Below, piece by piece: positions 10,862 through 21,300 of a DNA stretch of 64,000 bases. This DNA comes from a virus. The notes below the pieces were generated by a model. The model saw only the letters and a list, made by a program, of their open reading frames with translations, was not told the origin of the DNA and searched no databases. The translations under genes and the position numbers were made by a program. The stretch is from IMG/VR virus record IMGVR_UViG_3300024299_000001, positions 64,001-128,000 of that record. The stretch is one strand, 5' to 3'. The stretch's first letter is position 1; every line of letters starts with the position of its first letter.

Positions 10862-11896
10862 TTAAGGAATTGGTGTAACATTTGCCCCAGCCAGAAGAAC
10901 ATCCAACATTGCACCAAGATTAGGATCATCTAAACGATTGGCTGATTTAACTGTACCAACACCCATAGTAGCAGAAACTGACCAAGCATCAACCATAAGC
11001 TTAGCTGCTTTCTGTTCTGCATCCCGAGTAAATCCATCAGTCTGAGCTTGGAATAAAGCTTTCTGTTTACCAATAACACCAGCAACAATTGCAGCACTAA
11101 CAGTAAGATCTTGGATCTGGGCTAATTCAGTTGCTTTTTTCTGATCAAGTAAGTTCTTTTCAGATAGAATTTTCTCTCTCTGAGGATATGCTAAACCTTC
11201 AATAACAGTAACAGAGTTCATCTGTCCTAAAGTAGCTGGTTTAGAGTCACTAGTATTAGATAATTCAGTTACAATTTTCTGTTCTGTTAGAGCTACATCC
11301 ATCTCTTGTTGTTGTTTTTTATATTCAGCAAAACCACCAAGGTTATCATTTCCATTATATCCGTATCCAGCAGCTTTAGCTGTAACAAGACTGTCGCCAG
11401 TTTGGACCAATTCAGTAATAATCTTCTGACCAAGTAAATCCTTCTCAGCAGTAGCAGTAGTAGTCTGAGCAGTTGCTAAAGCTAATTGCTGGGTAACCAG
11501 AGCCTTTTGATCAGCAACTACTCCTTCAACAGCAGTCGTACCATTAAAACCAAGATTAAGTAATATAGTATCATCAGTCTGAGCAAGCTCAGTAACAGTC
11601 TTCTGTCTTACCAAGCCAATCTCTGCCCTGATCCGTTGGCCATTCTGATGGCTGTCAAGGAAAGCAATTGATTGCTGCATAACAGCGCTAAGAGCCCCTA
11701 AATATACTTTGGAGTACTCATCACCAGTAATACGGTCATTGTTGTATTCATCAAGCAAATGGAGCTTAACAACAGCCATTAGCTTATCAAATACACCGGT
11801 ACCAGTAATGCTGCTGGTAGTTAACTGCTCAACATCTGGTTCATCCAGACTAACATTTGGTTCTACTTCAATTGGATCAAGGGTTAAGTTTGCCAT
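10862..11896 (-). CDS. virion/tail protein with four internal repeats (N4 gp54 position)
   Basis: 344-aa ORF. A repeated segment QK-x-(V/I/A)TEL-x-Q/N-T-x-D occurs four times (RQKTVTELAQTDD, GQKIITELVQTGD, EQKIVTELSNTSD, DQKKATELAQIQD). Confidence 0.5.
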   Translation of the reverse strand: MANLTLDPIEVEPNVSLDEPDVEQLTTSSITGTGVFDKLMAVVKLHLLDEYNNDRITGDEYSKVYLGALSAVMQQSIAFLDSHQNGQRIRAEIGLVRQKTVTELAQTDDTILLNLGFNGTTAVEGVVADQKALVTQQLALATAQTTTATAEKDLLGQKIITELVQTGDSLVTAKAAGYGYNGNDNLGGFAEYKKQQQEMDVALTEQKIVTELSNTSDSKPATLGQMNSVTVIEGLAYPQREKILSEKNLLDQKKATELAQIQDLTVSAAIVAGVIGKQKALFQAQTDGFTRDAEQKAAKLMVDAWSVSATMGVGTVKSANRLDDPNLGAMLDVLLAGANVTPIP

Positions 11897-11905
11897 TTAT
11901 GACTC

Positions 11906-12472
11906 CTAATCTTCTATTCTATTACCCATCGCCTGGCGTTGGGCTAGGTCTTTCAGTTCTTGTGGAGTTAAGGGATCTAAAATTTCAATTGCAAATTCTT
12001 TAACCAAATGGCCTCTTTTCTGTTTCTGGCCATTGGGTAGTTTAATTTCTTTAAAAGCCTGGTATTTTCGTTCCTGCACCAATCTTAAAATAGCTGCTGG
12101 TACATGATATCCGACTTCAGTATTAAAAGGAACAAACTTTTTAATAGTACCAATAACTCGATTACTGATACTAAGTATTTCTCCAGGCCAATCTTTTTTG
12201 TTTGGATTCATGCATGTTAAATTTATACGAACTAACCGGTTTGCTGTTTTTCTCAACCGGGTATTACTTTCCGCTTTACGGGTTGCTTCTGATTTCTGTT
12301 TAAATCGAGGCTTGGGTTTCTGTACAACCATCTCTTCTACTTCTTCTTCCGAGTTGAGTACTGCATTGAGTTTTTCTTTCAAAGACTTTACTCCAATTGA
12401 AGGATGAAATTTAATACCCATTAGTGTTGCTCTATCTTTTAAAAGACTTAATTCTGTTGCTTGCTTTGCCAT
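11906..12472 (-). CDS. basic structural-module protein (N4 gp55 position)
   Basis: 188-aa ORF between the capsid gene and the tail genes. No motif recognised. Confidence 0.4.
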   Translation of the reverse strand: MAKQATELSLLKDRATLMGIKFHPSIGVKSLKEKLNAVLNSEEEVEEMVVQKPKPRFKQKSEATRKAESNTRLRKTANRLVRINLTCMNPNKKDWPGEILSISNRVIGTIKKFVPFNTEVGYHVPAAILRLVQERKYQAFKEIKLPNGQKQKRGHLVKEFAIEILDPLTPQELKDLAQRQAMGNRIED

Positions 12473-12578
12473 TTGTCCACCTTTATTTGTGTCAGGTTAC
12501 TGTTAAAGAAACTCTTCCCCTAATTAAAGGGGAAGAGAGTAAATTACATTTTACTCAACACTTAGTGTCAAGTTGATT

Positions 12579-14378
12579 TTACCACTGTGCAACAGTCCAC
12601 AACACGGCCAACCGTTCTGGGCGCAAAATCATGGAACCGTAGTACCATTTGATACTCATAAGCCCAGATTCACCGTAAGGATCCTGCGTGGAAACCATCT
12701 CTTTACCTGGTTTCTTATGGAAGATGGTAAACTTGGTGCTTTTACCGCTGGTCTGGAAACCAATAGTAGTAAATGAAGCATCACCAACAACAAGCATCGG
12801 ATACGCATCATAATAACCATCAGTTACACGATAACCAGAGTTAACACCCTCAGCGATACCTACGGAACCGGCAGCACCGTTATGGTGCATCATCTCAGGA
12901 ACAACAACAATTCTGAAATGTCCAATGGTACCGATTTCACCATTAATCTCAGAACCAGCAGCCGCATAATGTGCCAGCGGGATAAATGCCTGGTTACTGA
13001 AATGATCAGTCATCTTTTCAATGGTAGGAATCAACTCAGAACCAATATATATAATACGGGCGGAGTTAATAACCTTTGTATCAACCATTCGGGAACCGGT
13101 TATAATCTTGGTGTTCTTAGGACATCTGTTGTTATCAAGATCAATGGAAAGCTTACTTAGATCATCATAATCAACTTCAGTCAGGGTAGAAGCAACACCA
13201 GACATATCCTCTTTACTTAAAGCATCACCGGCATAACGAATAACACCAGCACCGTTAAGCAGATCAATCTGCAGAGCATCCTCGGTAATTTCATTGGCAC
13301 CAAAGAGCATTTCACGGTTAATATGCATGGCCATCTCAGCATCAGTATCAAAGTCCAGAGATTCCTGGGTGTACTCATCAAAGAAACCAAATTTCTCAAT
13401 AGATCCTTCCAGAGTAATACGTTTGAAACCAACACGGTTAACTCTTCCACCAACCTCGGTCAGTGCAGGGAGTTTACCGGAGATATAACCAACATCTTTA
13501 CTGGAACCATAAAGATTACCAGCACCATTTACAGAAGTGTTCAGGGTTGTTTCATAACCCAGATCGTAAATAGTATTAGCACCTTCTACAGTTTCTGCAA
13601 CAGACTCAGTACCAGTACCAGCTATTGTACAGGCTACACGACTAGCCTGATAGCCAGCACGATCAAAAGTTGCAGTAAGAGTTCCACCATTAGTACCGGT
13701 ACCGGTAGCAAGAGCAAGGGTGAAAGGCATAGCTGCGTAGTTTGCAGCATTTGGGGATGCAATCAAACCAGCCAGAGCAGCATCAATAGTCTGAACACCA
13801 GCCATAGTAAATTCAAGATCTACTCCATCCCAAGTGATAGTAATTACATCATCAGTAGTAAGAGTAACCAGGGTAATAGTATCAACCTGAATTGCTTCAC
13901 CGGTAGCTGCCTGAATGGCATAATCGGCTGCAACAGAAGCATGGGCCATGGTTGCATACTGATCAGGAAATTGTGATTGGATCCAGGCAACAAAAGCTGT
14001 CTTTGCAGCAGTAATAGCTGTTGCATCAACTGATGCATGGTTACCAACAAAATATTCTTTCATTCCTGCGCCAAGGGTACCTTCACCGTCCGGACCTGCA
14101 ACAGTAATGGTAGATTCAAAAGTCGTTGTTGCACCAGCAGCATCCAATCCCTGATCATTGATATTCGCATCATCAAGTAAAGGCATGTAATGGTACCGTT
14201 TAATTGTTTTACCCATGTGTTTGGGCATGGCCGTTACATCAGCCAACTGGGAAAAGTACTGTTCTTTTTTCAGCTCAATAAGAGCTTTTTTCTGATAATA
14301 CTCAGTTACTAGCTGAGTACCTATATCAGACGCCGCTCCGCCTGTTACAAAGCCTCGTCCACCGTCAGGTAGTGCCAT
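12579..14378 (-). CDS. major capsid protein (N4 gp56 family) with a large internal insertion
   Basis: 599-aa ORF. The N-terminus (TEYYQKKALIELKKEQYFSQLADVTAMPKHMGKTIKRYHYMPL) and the C-terminal half resemble N4-type capsid proteins. It lies after a scaffold-like gene and the portal. Confidence 0.8.
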   Translation of the reverse strand: MALPDGGRGFVTGGAASDIGTQLVTEYYQKKALIELKKEQYFSQLADVTAMPKHMGKTIKRYHYMPLLDDANINDQGLDAAGATTTFESTITVAGPDGEGTLGAGMKEYFVGNHASVDATAITAAKTAFVAWIQSQFPDQYATMAHASVAADYAIQAATGEAIQVDTITLVTLTTDDVITITWDGVDLEFTMAGVQTIDAALAGLIASPNAANYAAMPFTLALATGTGTNGGTLTATFDRAGYQASRVACTIAGTGTESVAETVEGANTIYDLGYETTLNTSVNGAGNLYGSSKDVGYISGKLPALTEVGGRVNRVGFKRITLEGSIEKFGFFDEYTQESLDFDTDAEMAMHINREMLFGANEITEDALQIDLLNGAGVIRYAGDALSKEDMSGVASTLTEVDYDDLSKLSIDLDNNRCPKNTKIITGSRMVDTKVINSARIIYIGSELIPTIEKMTDHFSNQAFIPLAHYAAAGSEINGEIGTIGHFRIVVVPEMMHHNGAAGSVGIAEGVNSGYRVTDGYYDAYPMLVVGDASFTTIGFQTSGKSTKFTIFHKKPGKEMVSTQDPYGESGLMSIKWYYGSMILRPERLAVLWTVAQW

Positions 14379-14401
14379 TTTATATTTCCTTGTTTAATAG
14401 A

Positions 14402-15643
14402 TTATTTTACTTTAAAATCATTAGGGTCAATTTTAGCAAAATCATCATCAGACATGGATAAAGGATTATACGATACGACTGCTGGAGTACCTTTACTCTT
14501 AGTAGGGCTAGCAGCCTTCTTGCGTTCTTTCCGTTTTTCCTCTGCTTTAGAATCGATTTTAGTTGGAGCAATAACTGGTTCAGGTTTAGTTTCTGTTACA
14601 GGAGATGTTTCCTCCTTTTTAAACTGCCCTGCTTCGTATAGCTGATCACCCATTTGTTTATACGCATGAATATCAGATATCCCAGTTAAATTCCCCATGC
14701 TGCGTTCATACTCTACGGCTTTCATGACTTTATCATAGGTCCCATCGGCAACGTGCTCATTGATTGTTTTAATAATTTGAGGTGAGTTGGCAATGATGTT
14801 ACGACTGTCTTGATCCCATACATTCGTTATTACATTCAGAGTATCCTGATAGGTGGGCGTACTATGAATATCTTCAAGTACAGCGTCTAAATCAAGTTCT
14901 GATTCATTAACAGTATGTTGGGTCGGAGTATATTTACTGTCATCTTTAACATTTACATCCAAAGGATCCATACCACTGTCTTTAACCAGTTTAGTAATTG
15001 CCTCTGGATTTTTGTTGTGTAGATCAATTAAAAAGTTAAGATCATTCTCTTCCATCAGGCCATTCTTTTCGAGTAACTTAAGAATGCGCATTGAAGGTTT
15101 AAGACCGGCCATCTTCTTATGATAATTGGCTCCCATCTGCATAAGACGGATAGCATCATCAGTATTCTTTACAGCCATGTCATAACCATTTGCTTTAAAT
15201 GGAGCAGTGATCTTTTCATACTCAGCTTTATAATCAATCCCCGCTTTATCAGACTTTACTTCTTTGTCTTCTTTTTTATCTGTTTTAATTTTTTTATCCG
15301 AATCCGCCTCAAGGTCAGTTTCAACCTCCTCTTTTTTCTTTTCTGGTTCTGGCTTCTTCAAATCTTTATCTTCTTCTGAGAAAACTTTACTGGCTTCTTC
15401 AGCTGCAAGCTCTTCAGCCTTTTTATTAGCAGCTGCATCAGCTTCTTCCTGGGCTTTTGCTTCAGCTTCTGCATCTTCCTCAGCTTTTTTAACTGCATCA
15501 GGATCAACCTCTTCTTCCGGCTCTTCCTCAACAATTTTTTCTGTAAGTTCTGGAGGACCCTCTAATTTAGCAAAGTCTTCATCAGACAATTCCAGTGCCT
15601 CAATCGGTGCTTCTTCCATTTTTGTTTCTTCGGCAACAGCCAT
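14402..15643 (-). CDS. scaffold-like / head assembly protein, highly acidic E/K/A-rich N-terminal half
   Basis: 413-aa ORF directly upstream of the capsid gene. Low-complexity charged N-terminal half and a globular C-terminal half. Confidence 0.5.
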   Translation of the reverse strand: MAVAEETKMEEAPIEALELSDEDFAKLEGPPELTEKIVEEEPEEEVDPDAVKKAEEDAEAEAKAQEEADAAANKKAEELAAEEASKVFSEEDKDLKKPEPEKKKEEVETDLEADSDKKIKTDKKEDKEVKSDKAGIDYKAEYEKITAPFKANGYDMAVKNTDDAIRLMQMGANYHKKMAGLKPSMRILKLLEKNGLMEENDLNFLIDLHNKNPEAITKLVKDSGMDPLDVNVKDDSKYTPTQHTVNESELDLDAVLEDIHSTPTYQDTLNVITNVWDQDSRNIIANSPQIIKTINEHVADGTYDKVMKAVEYERSMGNLTGISDIHAYKQMGDQLYEAGQFKKEETSPVTETKPEPVIAPTKIDSKAEEKRKERKKAASPTKSKGTPAVVSYNPLSMSDDDFAKIDPNDFKVK

Positions 15644-15646
15644 GGG

Positions 15647-15979
15647 TTACCCCTCTTCGGCTAGGATATTCTCTAGCTCTTGTTCTGCACTAAATAGTGC
15701 TTCTCTTGCAGTAACACCAGTCTGTCTCACATTAGCCAAAAATTGCTGTAAACCAGCAACACCCGTAAGCTGACACTGAGCATGAGCCTGAACCTTTGGT
15801 TCCTGGGCCTGCAAACTAGCAGTAAACGTCAGCATACCCAGAGCAAAGTCCCTTAAATAAGTCTCAGTAAATAACTTTTTAAAGTGTTTGTTTTTCTCCA
15901 GGAAAATCAATGCATCAGCCAGTTCTACTTTGTCCCGTTCTGCTCTAATGTTTAACTCAATCTTTTCTAAATTTGTCAT
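15647..15979 (-). CDS. small head-module protein
   Basis: 110-aa ORF between the portal and the scaffold-like gene. Confidence 0.4.
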   Translation of the reverse strand: MTNLEKIELNIRAERDKVELADALIFLEKNKHFKKLFTETYLRDFALGMLTFTASLQAQEPKVQAHAQCQLTGVAGLQQFLANVRQTGVTAREALFSAEQELENILAEEG

Positions 15980-16058
15980 AGTTTTATTCCTCTTTGTGTC
16001 CTCCTGCGATATGCTGCAGTGAGCTATTATAGGTTATACCTGAGTATAAATATACTGG

Positions 16059-18230
16059 TCAGGCAGTAGCTTTTTCTGGTTTAACGGTATCGGATATTAT
16101 TTTAGTAGTCAAATCATTTTGTGCTTTTACATCTAACTTTTCCAACTCTCGGGCTTGATTTACTCCGGATTCTTGTTCTAAGTAACTTAAATCTTTATTA
16201 TCAGCATCACTGGAGATATCTCTTGTTTTAGCGCCCTCAGTACCTGCTTTTGCCTCATTAAGTCTACCCTGAGTAATCTCACGGTAGCCCTTCTCACCGT
16301 TCAGTTCCGCTTCAGCAGCATGCTTGGTTGCCAATGCTTCTTCTTTAGCAATCTGAGCTTTAAGTAGATATATTTCTAATTCTCTCTTTGCTTCTTCAAT
16401 TGGATCAGGTTTGGGCTCATACTCTTCAATCTTTTTAGCCATACCAGGCATCTTTCTTAAAGTAGCAATATCAGCAAGAATCATATTCCTTAAATCAGGG
16501 TCCATATTATTACCGGTAGTCTGAAGCATGAAAGCTAATTCCTCTGCTTTCTTATTATCAGCTTCAGCAGTACTTATGCTTAACTCAAGATCAAAATGAC
16601 CAGCAAGATCATCTCTACGGATCGGAATGAATCTTTCATTGGTTACTCTAATAATTTCTTCTTCAGATAAGAATTCAGCATTCATACTGATCATCTTACG
16701 ACCAATCTGGATTATACCTAATGCAAGGCGCCTAAGTATACCAAATTCACGTTTACTAGCTGCATCTAAGGCATCCCTACCACCTCCGACACTATCGCCT
16801 AATGCGCGGCTATTTATACCCGAATGGAAGGCCTTCACACCGGTAAGACTCTCAGCATCAGCATTCTGCATAGCAATCATATTGGGGGCTGAAGCAGGTA
16901 TTTCCGGAAAGGAGTGCATATATACTGCTTGACGGGGATCCATTACCTGATTAAATACATAATCCTCACCCCTATCAAATTTACGTTTATTAGTAAAATC
17001 AAGGAAACCTTGTTGCATGCCAGTCTGACTATTAGCTGATCGACCCAAAAGATCAATCATACCACGAGTGGTAGCACCAATAATCTGTTGATTCTCAATC
17101 AGTAATTCACCATCAGGTTGACCATAAAGGGATTTACGTACTGGCAAATACACTGCTTTAACAAAGGGATGTTCTTTATCCGGGAAAGGGTTCTCTTCCA
17201 TACGGATCTTACGATCATTAACCCAAGCAGCAACAATGGGTACTACTGTACCATCACCATGGATATCCCAGTCACCCCAGTACTGTTGCACGGTAAACTG
17301 CTTACGGGGTTCATCAGTAAAATTAAAAGAATCATTATCAGGTGTCTCTTCATAATCCGGATCAGTTAAAGGAGAAGAGGCTTCTTTATTTATATGCTTT
17401 AAATTATGATACTTACCGTCTTTCTTTAAACCGGCTACTGAAGCTTTAAAAGTCTCACCAATAAAACCTGCCTTACGAATATCACCACCACAGGACGGAT
17501 CCATAACAAGATTTTTATGCTCCATCACTTCAAGAACTGGTTGATTCTTTGTTTCCTTCATTACTTTCTCAATACGAACACCAATTTGATTGGGTGTAAC
17601 CGCCTGGCCAGTTGTAGCAAATATTTGTAATGTTTGATCCATCCCGGGATTGCTGTATTCTTCGTACACATCCCGGTTATCTTTCTTAAGTTGCAATAGC
17701 TGAATGTATTTAGGAATAGTTTGCTGCAGTACTTCCGGATCAGTAATAGGAATAAATTCGTATTCAGGAATCTCTTCCTCAACTTCCTCTTCTTCTGAAT
17801 CCCAGCCTACTTTAACAATGACAGTACCTAGATCAACAGCATCCCGGATATAGGCATCAATAAAATTTACTTTATCTATCTTAGTATTAAACTGATTATT
17901 CAGTACCAGAGCATTTTGTTTAGCCCGGTCTCGGTCACCAGCAGTAATTGGATTTACATTAAAAATATCTGAAGTACTTAAGAATGGTTCAGATAAAGAA
18001 GAGTACCGCCATTCAGCCTGCTTCCGGATAACCTTGGGCACAACAGAAGATCTACCTTTTGCAGTGGTAATCTTAGCAGCTCCAGTAATATTTAAATTCT
18101 CTAACCAGGTATCAACATTATTGATATGCTTATCATAGTCCGACCGGGCATCATCTAAATTTTGTTTCAAATCAGCGATAGATGGCTCATTAGCCCAATC
18201 AGTAAGTTTTGTTTTAGCTGTATCTTCCAT
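16059..18230 (-). CDS. portal protein (N4 gp59-like)
   Basis: 723-aa ORF. Its size, its position relative to capsid and terminase, and its N-terminus (LTDWANEPSIADLKQNLDDARSDYDKH) are typical of N4-like portals. Confidence 0.8.
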   Translation of the reverse strand: MEDTAKTKLTDWANEPSIADLKQNLDDARSDYDKHINNVDTWLENLNITGAAKITTAKGRSSVVPKVIRKQAEWRYSSLSEPFLSTSDIFNVNPITAGDRDRAKQNALVLNNQFNTKIDKVNFIDAYIRDAVDLGTVIVKVGWDSEEEEVEEEIPEYEFIPITDPEVLQQTIPKYIQLLQLKKDNRDVYEEYSNPGMDQTLQIFATTGQAVTPNQIGVRIEKVMKETKNQPVLEVMEHKNLVMDPSCGGDIRKAGFIGETFKASVAGLKKDGKYHNLKHINKEASSPLTDPDYEETPDNDSFNFTDEPRKQFTVQQYWGDWDIHGDGTVVPIVAAWVNDRKIRMEENPFPDKEHPFVKAVYLPVRKSLYGQPDGELLIENQQIIGATTRGMIDLLGRSANSQTGMQQGFLDFTNKRKFDRGEDYVFNQVMDPRQAVYMHSFPEIPASAPNMIAMQNADAESLTGVKAFHSGINSRALGDSVGGGRDALDAASKREFGILRRLALGIIQIGRKMISMNAEFLSEEEIIRVTNERFIPIRRDDLAGHFDLELSISTAEADNKKAEELAFMLQTTGNNMDPDLRNMILADIATLRKMPGMAKKIEEYEPKPDPIEEAKRELEIYLLKAQIAKEEALATKHAAEAELNGEKGYREITQGRLNEAKAGTEGAKTRDISSDADNKDLSYLEQESGVNQARELEKLDVKAQNDLTTKIISDTVKPEKATA

Positions 18231-18257
18231 GTGATATATCCTATTTAAATATGTTTA

Positions 18258-18728
18258 CTATTCTTTTGGAAATCTATTTTTAGCTGAACGACAAACAGCA
18301 TCATATGCTTTAAGTTGCTCTTTACTTTTTTTTCTTTCTTTTGGGTCATCACTACGCAATTTAAACTGTATATCTAAATAATCATTTGAATCCGGGTATA
18401 ACCACTTACGGAAAGTTGTATAGTATTTCTTTTTAAAAGCAACAGGTTCTTCACCTAAATTAATAATTGCTTTATTAAAATTATCTTCTGAATCTACATA
18501 TTGTTTTAAACTGAACAAATTAGTAACAGGAAATTCTGGATAAGGTATTGTGGGCTCTGTAACAACTAAAGTTTCAGGATTAATTATACAAGTTTCTTCA
18601 TACCTTTGATCACATAAAATTTCTGTGACTGGATCAAAATTAAGTTTAGCTTGATGAAGCGAACAACCTAAGTATTTTACAACTTTACCTGTTACTTTAT
18701 TAAAAACTGTATATTCATTATTTTGCAT
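18258..18728 (-). CDS. hypothetical virion-module protein
   Basis: 156-aa ORF tightly packed between the fibre gene and the portal. Confidence 0.35.
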   Translation of the reverse strand: MQNNEYTVFNKVTGKVVKYLGCSLHQAKLNFDPVTEILCDQRYEETCIINPETLVVTEPTIPYPEFPVTNLFSLKQYVDSEDNFNKAIINLGEEPVAFKKKYYTTFRKWLYPDSNDYLDIQFKLRSDDPKERKKSKEQLKAYDAVCRSAKNRFPKE

Positions 18729-18733
18729 AATTC

Positions 18734-20902
18734 CTACTTATATGAAATCATTACTATAATACAAGGATAGCCTGTTGCGCCACCTAAAGTACCCTGTACT
18801 TTAAAAGAATATGAACCGGCTGCTACTGTTGACCAAGTTCTGCCACCAGAGTACATTCCTCCCTCACCACCAGCAGACCATATGAGTGTTGTACCTGCAT
18901 AAAAATTAACAGTACAAGTAGTATACCCTACCATAGAAAACTGTACGGATATGTTTGCAGTAGAATGTGTAGAAAAATTATGAGTTAAAGTGTAATCAGT
19001 AGAAAGTCCACTATCTCCAGTAATCTCTGTTGCGGCATTAGCGTCAAGTTTACCAGTATTAACAGCTAGATCTTGGATATTACCAGTAGCAATAATATCA
19101 CCGGTAACAGTTAAAGTAGAGCCATTCCAAAGAATACTTTTGGAGGAATTACCAAAAGCTAATTTATAGGTCCCACCATCATAGCCCATCCAAAAACCAG
19201 CAGTTGGATCAGCATGCGAAGTTTTACCCCCTCTAAGGCTTCCAGTGGTTCCAACATTCAGTAAACCAGTATTAACAGAAAGAGCGGCTAAATTAGATAC
19301 ATTTATTTGGTTTGCAGTAATAGAATTAGTATAAATCTTTCCGCCATCAATAAAGGTTTGTCCTGGATATTTCCAGAGTACCGTTGAATTGTAGCCAAGT
19401 ACCCCATTTGCAGCATCAGCAAGAACTGCAGCACCGCCATTTAATTCCCCAACAGTTATTGCTCCAGTATTTATTAAACTTGTTTGAATTTTAGTTCCTG
19501 AAATAATAGTGCCATCTAGGTTGCTAAAACCAACAGAAGATAAATAAGCCATAGCAGCTAAACTTAAAGCTGACTTAACAGATGCAGGATCTGCACCAAT
19601 TGAACCAACAATTAAAGTTGTGGGGATATTTACATAAGTAGAATTTAAACTAATAACATCACCAGCTACTGAAAATACAGGATCAGCCGAAGTACTGGTT
19701 AACACTTTAAAAGTGTCAGCGTTAACAATAAATTCTGATTTAGTATCATCTGGTTGAGCTGTCCAATAAGCCGGGTCTACACCAGGAGCATTGCCTGCAG
19801 CAGACGTATGAGCTAAAATACAAAGATAAACTACATTACCATAAACAACTTTAACGTCTAATGGGTAGTCTTCGCCACTGAGCCAAATAGGATTAAGTAA
19901 TAACTGAAAACCGGTTGCATAAGATTTACCATTACCATCTTCAACAATGTTTACTGCAAATTGATTAGCCAATAAAGTTTGGGTGGCCTCTAAAGAATAT
20001 TTTGTTGCACCAAGTTTCGTGCTGTTGACTTGGGAAAGAATTTGATTAGCTGAAATTGTAGTTTCTGCAATATTTACTCGACCTGTAACACTATCAGTTG
20101 CAATTACTTGTAGATCAATAAGATCTCCTTGAATAGTAAGAGTAGCTGTATTTACATCTGCTTTTCCATTTACTAATATTCGCGCTTCAGACTCTAATAT
20201 CAATCCAGCAGCATTAATACCAATAGAAGAAGTAAGTGTTTCAATATCTCCACCAGGGCCATTAATAGCCAATACATCTGTAGCAACTAAATCAATATCA
20301 TCCGCTGTTTGGTTTATTAATGTAGTATGGGCTGAAAGAGAGCCGTTAACAGATGTTTCCAGGTCAGTAACACTCTGACTAATCTGAATAGCAGTTAGCT
20401 CAATGCTAGCAGCTCTTGCATTTAATTTACCAGCAGTATCTGCTTTAATATCTACCGCTGAAAGGGCTATCTTCGCATCTGTTGCAATAACTGAAGTCGC
20501 AATTAAAGAATTACCGGCACCTAAAGTTAACAGAACATCTGCACCAACACTAACCCATAAATCTGCCAATTTAGTTAAATCAGAAGCAAGACTAGCTGCC
20601 ATCTGTGTAGAGGTTAATTGACCGGCCAACATTGCTATAACTGTTGCTGTATCATACTTATTACCAACACCCGTATTAATCACAACCACTGGCTTCTCAT
20701 CACCAAGAACAGTAACCGGTGTTGCGCCGGTAACAGTAATTTGAGGGATTACATTGCCTATAACTGTGACTTGAGAGGTAGAATTATCTGTAACAGTTAT
20801 TGCAGCAATAGAACTATCAGTAATAGTTACAGTAGGTTGATTATCAGTTACTGTAACGGTTATCACTGTAGGGACTACATTTACAACAGCCATATCGCTC
20901 AT
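18734..20902 (-). CDS. tail fibre / appendage protein
   Basis: 722-aa ORF. The N-terminus is a repetitive beta-strand region (TVTVTDNQPTVTITDSSIAAITVTDNSTSQVTV). The composition is T/S/G/N-rich, as in receptor-binding proteins. Confidence 0.6.
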   Translation of the reverse strand: MSDMAVVNVVPTVITVTVTDNQPTVTITDSSIAAITVTDNSTSQVTVIGNVIPQITVTGATPVTVLGDEKPVVVINTGVGNKYDTATVIAMLAGQLTSTQMAASLASDLTKLADLWVSVGADVLLTLGAGNSLIATSVIATDAKIALSAVDIKADTAGKLNARAASIELTAIQISQSVTDLETSVNGSLSAHTTLINQTADDIDLVATDVLAINGPGGDIETLTSSIGINAAGLILESEARILVNGKADVNTATLTIQGDLIDLQVIATDSVTGRVNIAETTISANQILSQVNSTKLGATKYSLEATQTLLANQFAVNIVEDGNGKSYATGFQLLLNPIWLSGEDYPLDVKVVYGNVVYLCILAHTSAAGNAPGVDPAYWTAQPDDTKSEFIVNADTFKVLTSTSADPVFSVAGDVISLNSTYVNIPTTLIVGSIGADPASVKSALSLAAMAYLSSVGFSNLDGTIISGTKIQTSLINTGAITVGELNGGAAVLADAANGVLGYNSTVLWKYPGQTFIDGGKIYTNSITANQINVSNLAALSVNTGLLNVGTTGSLRGGKTSHADPTAGFWMGYDGGTYKLAFGNSSKSILWNGSTLTVTGDIIATGNIQDLAVNTGKLDANAATEITGDSGLSTDYTLTHNFSTHSTANISVQFSMVGYTTCTVNFYAGTTLIWSAGGEGGMYSGGRTWSTVAAGSYSFKVQGTLGGATGYPCIIVMISYK

Positions 20903-21300
20903 AGTGTTATTTCGCCAGTAACCTTTACTAAGCCAACAAGAATCTTGTCAACCACTTCAGCAACTACCGGAGGTCCGACAACAGCATCAGTAACTAGTTC
21001 CAGGTCATAACGGCCTTCATTAAAAGTTAATGCAGCCGTGTCAGCTGCAGAAATAAACATAGTAAGAGTAGTGGTTACTACTTCAATACCACCATTATCA
21101 GTTGTCAACTCTAATAGTGGTACCATTGGGCTATTACCATGTTTTTTAATCCAAGCAGGTCTGATCTGCATACGTACCGAATCGTAAGTACTGAAATCAA
21201 TTGCTACTCCTGCAGCATTCTCAGCATTAATACCTACTGAAAATGTACCACCTCTGTAAATTGTAATATCGTAATTACCAGGTACCATAATTAAGTCCAC
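20899..21300 (-). CDS. small tail-module protein
   Basis: 133-aa ORF whose start and stop overlap its neighbours, suggesting translational coupling. Confidence 0.35.
   Translation of the reverse strand: MDLIMVPGNYDITIYRGGTFSVGINAENAAGVAIDFSTYDSVRMQIRPAWIKKHGNSPMVPLLELTTDNGGIEVVTTTLTMFISAADTAALTFNEGRYDLELVTDAVVGPPVVAEVVDKILVGLVKVTGEITL

Noticed and set aside
13217-14050. Antisense and off-frame ORFs within the capsid gene (13323..13976 of 217 aa, 13217..13453, 13294..13488, 13844..14050, 12882..13160)
   Set aside because: They are nested in a confidently assigned capsid ORF. Their low-complexity S/T/N-rich translations are typical of the antisense of an A/G/T-rich gene.
15264-15773. Plus-strand 169-aa S-rich ORF
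   Set aside because: It is the antisense of the E/K/A-rich scaffold-like gene. The poly-Ser/Ala low complexity is the complement of GAA/GCT-rich codons.
20403-21010. Plus-strand ORFs 20403..20621 and 20618..21010
   Set aside because: They run antisense to the tail-fibre and adjacent tail genes, have no RBS, and have Cys/Asn/Ile-rich nonsense-like composition.
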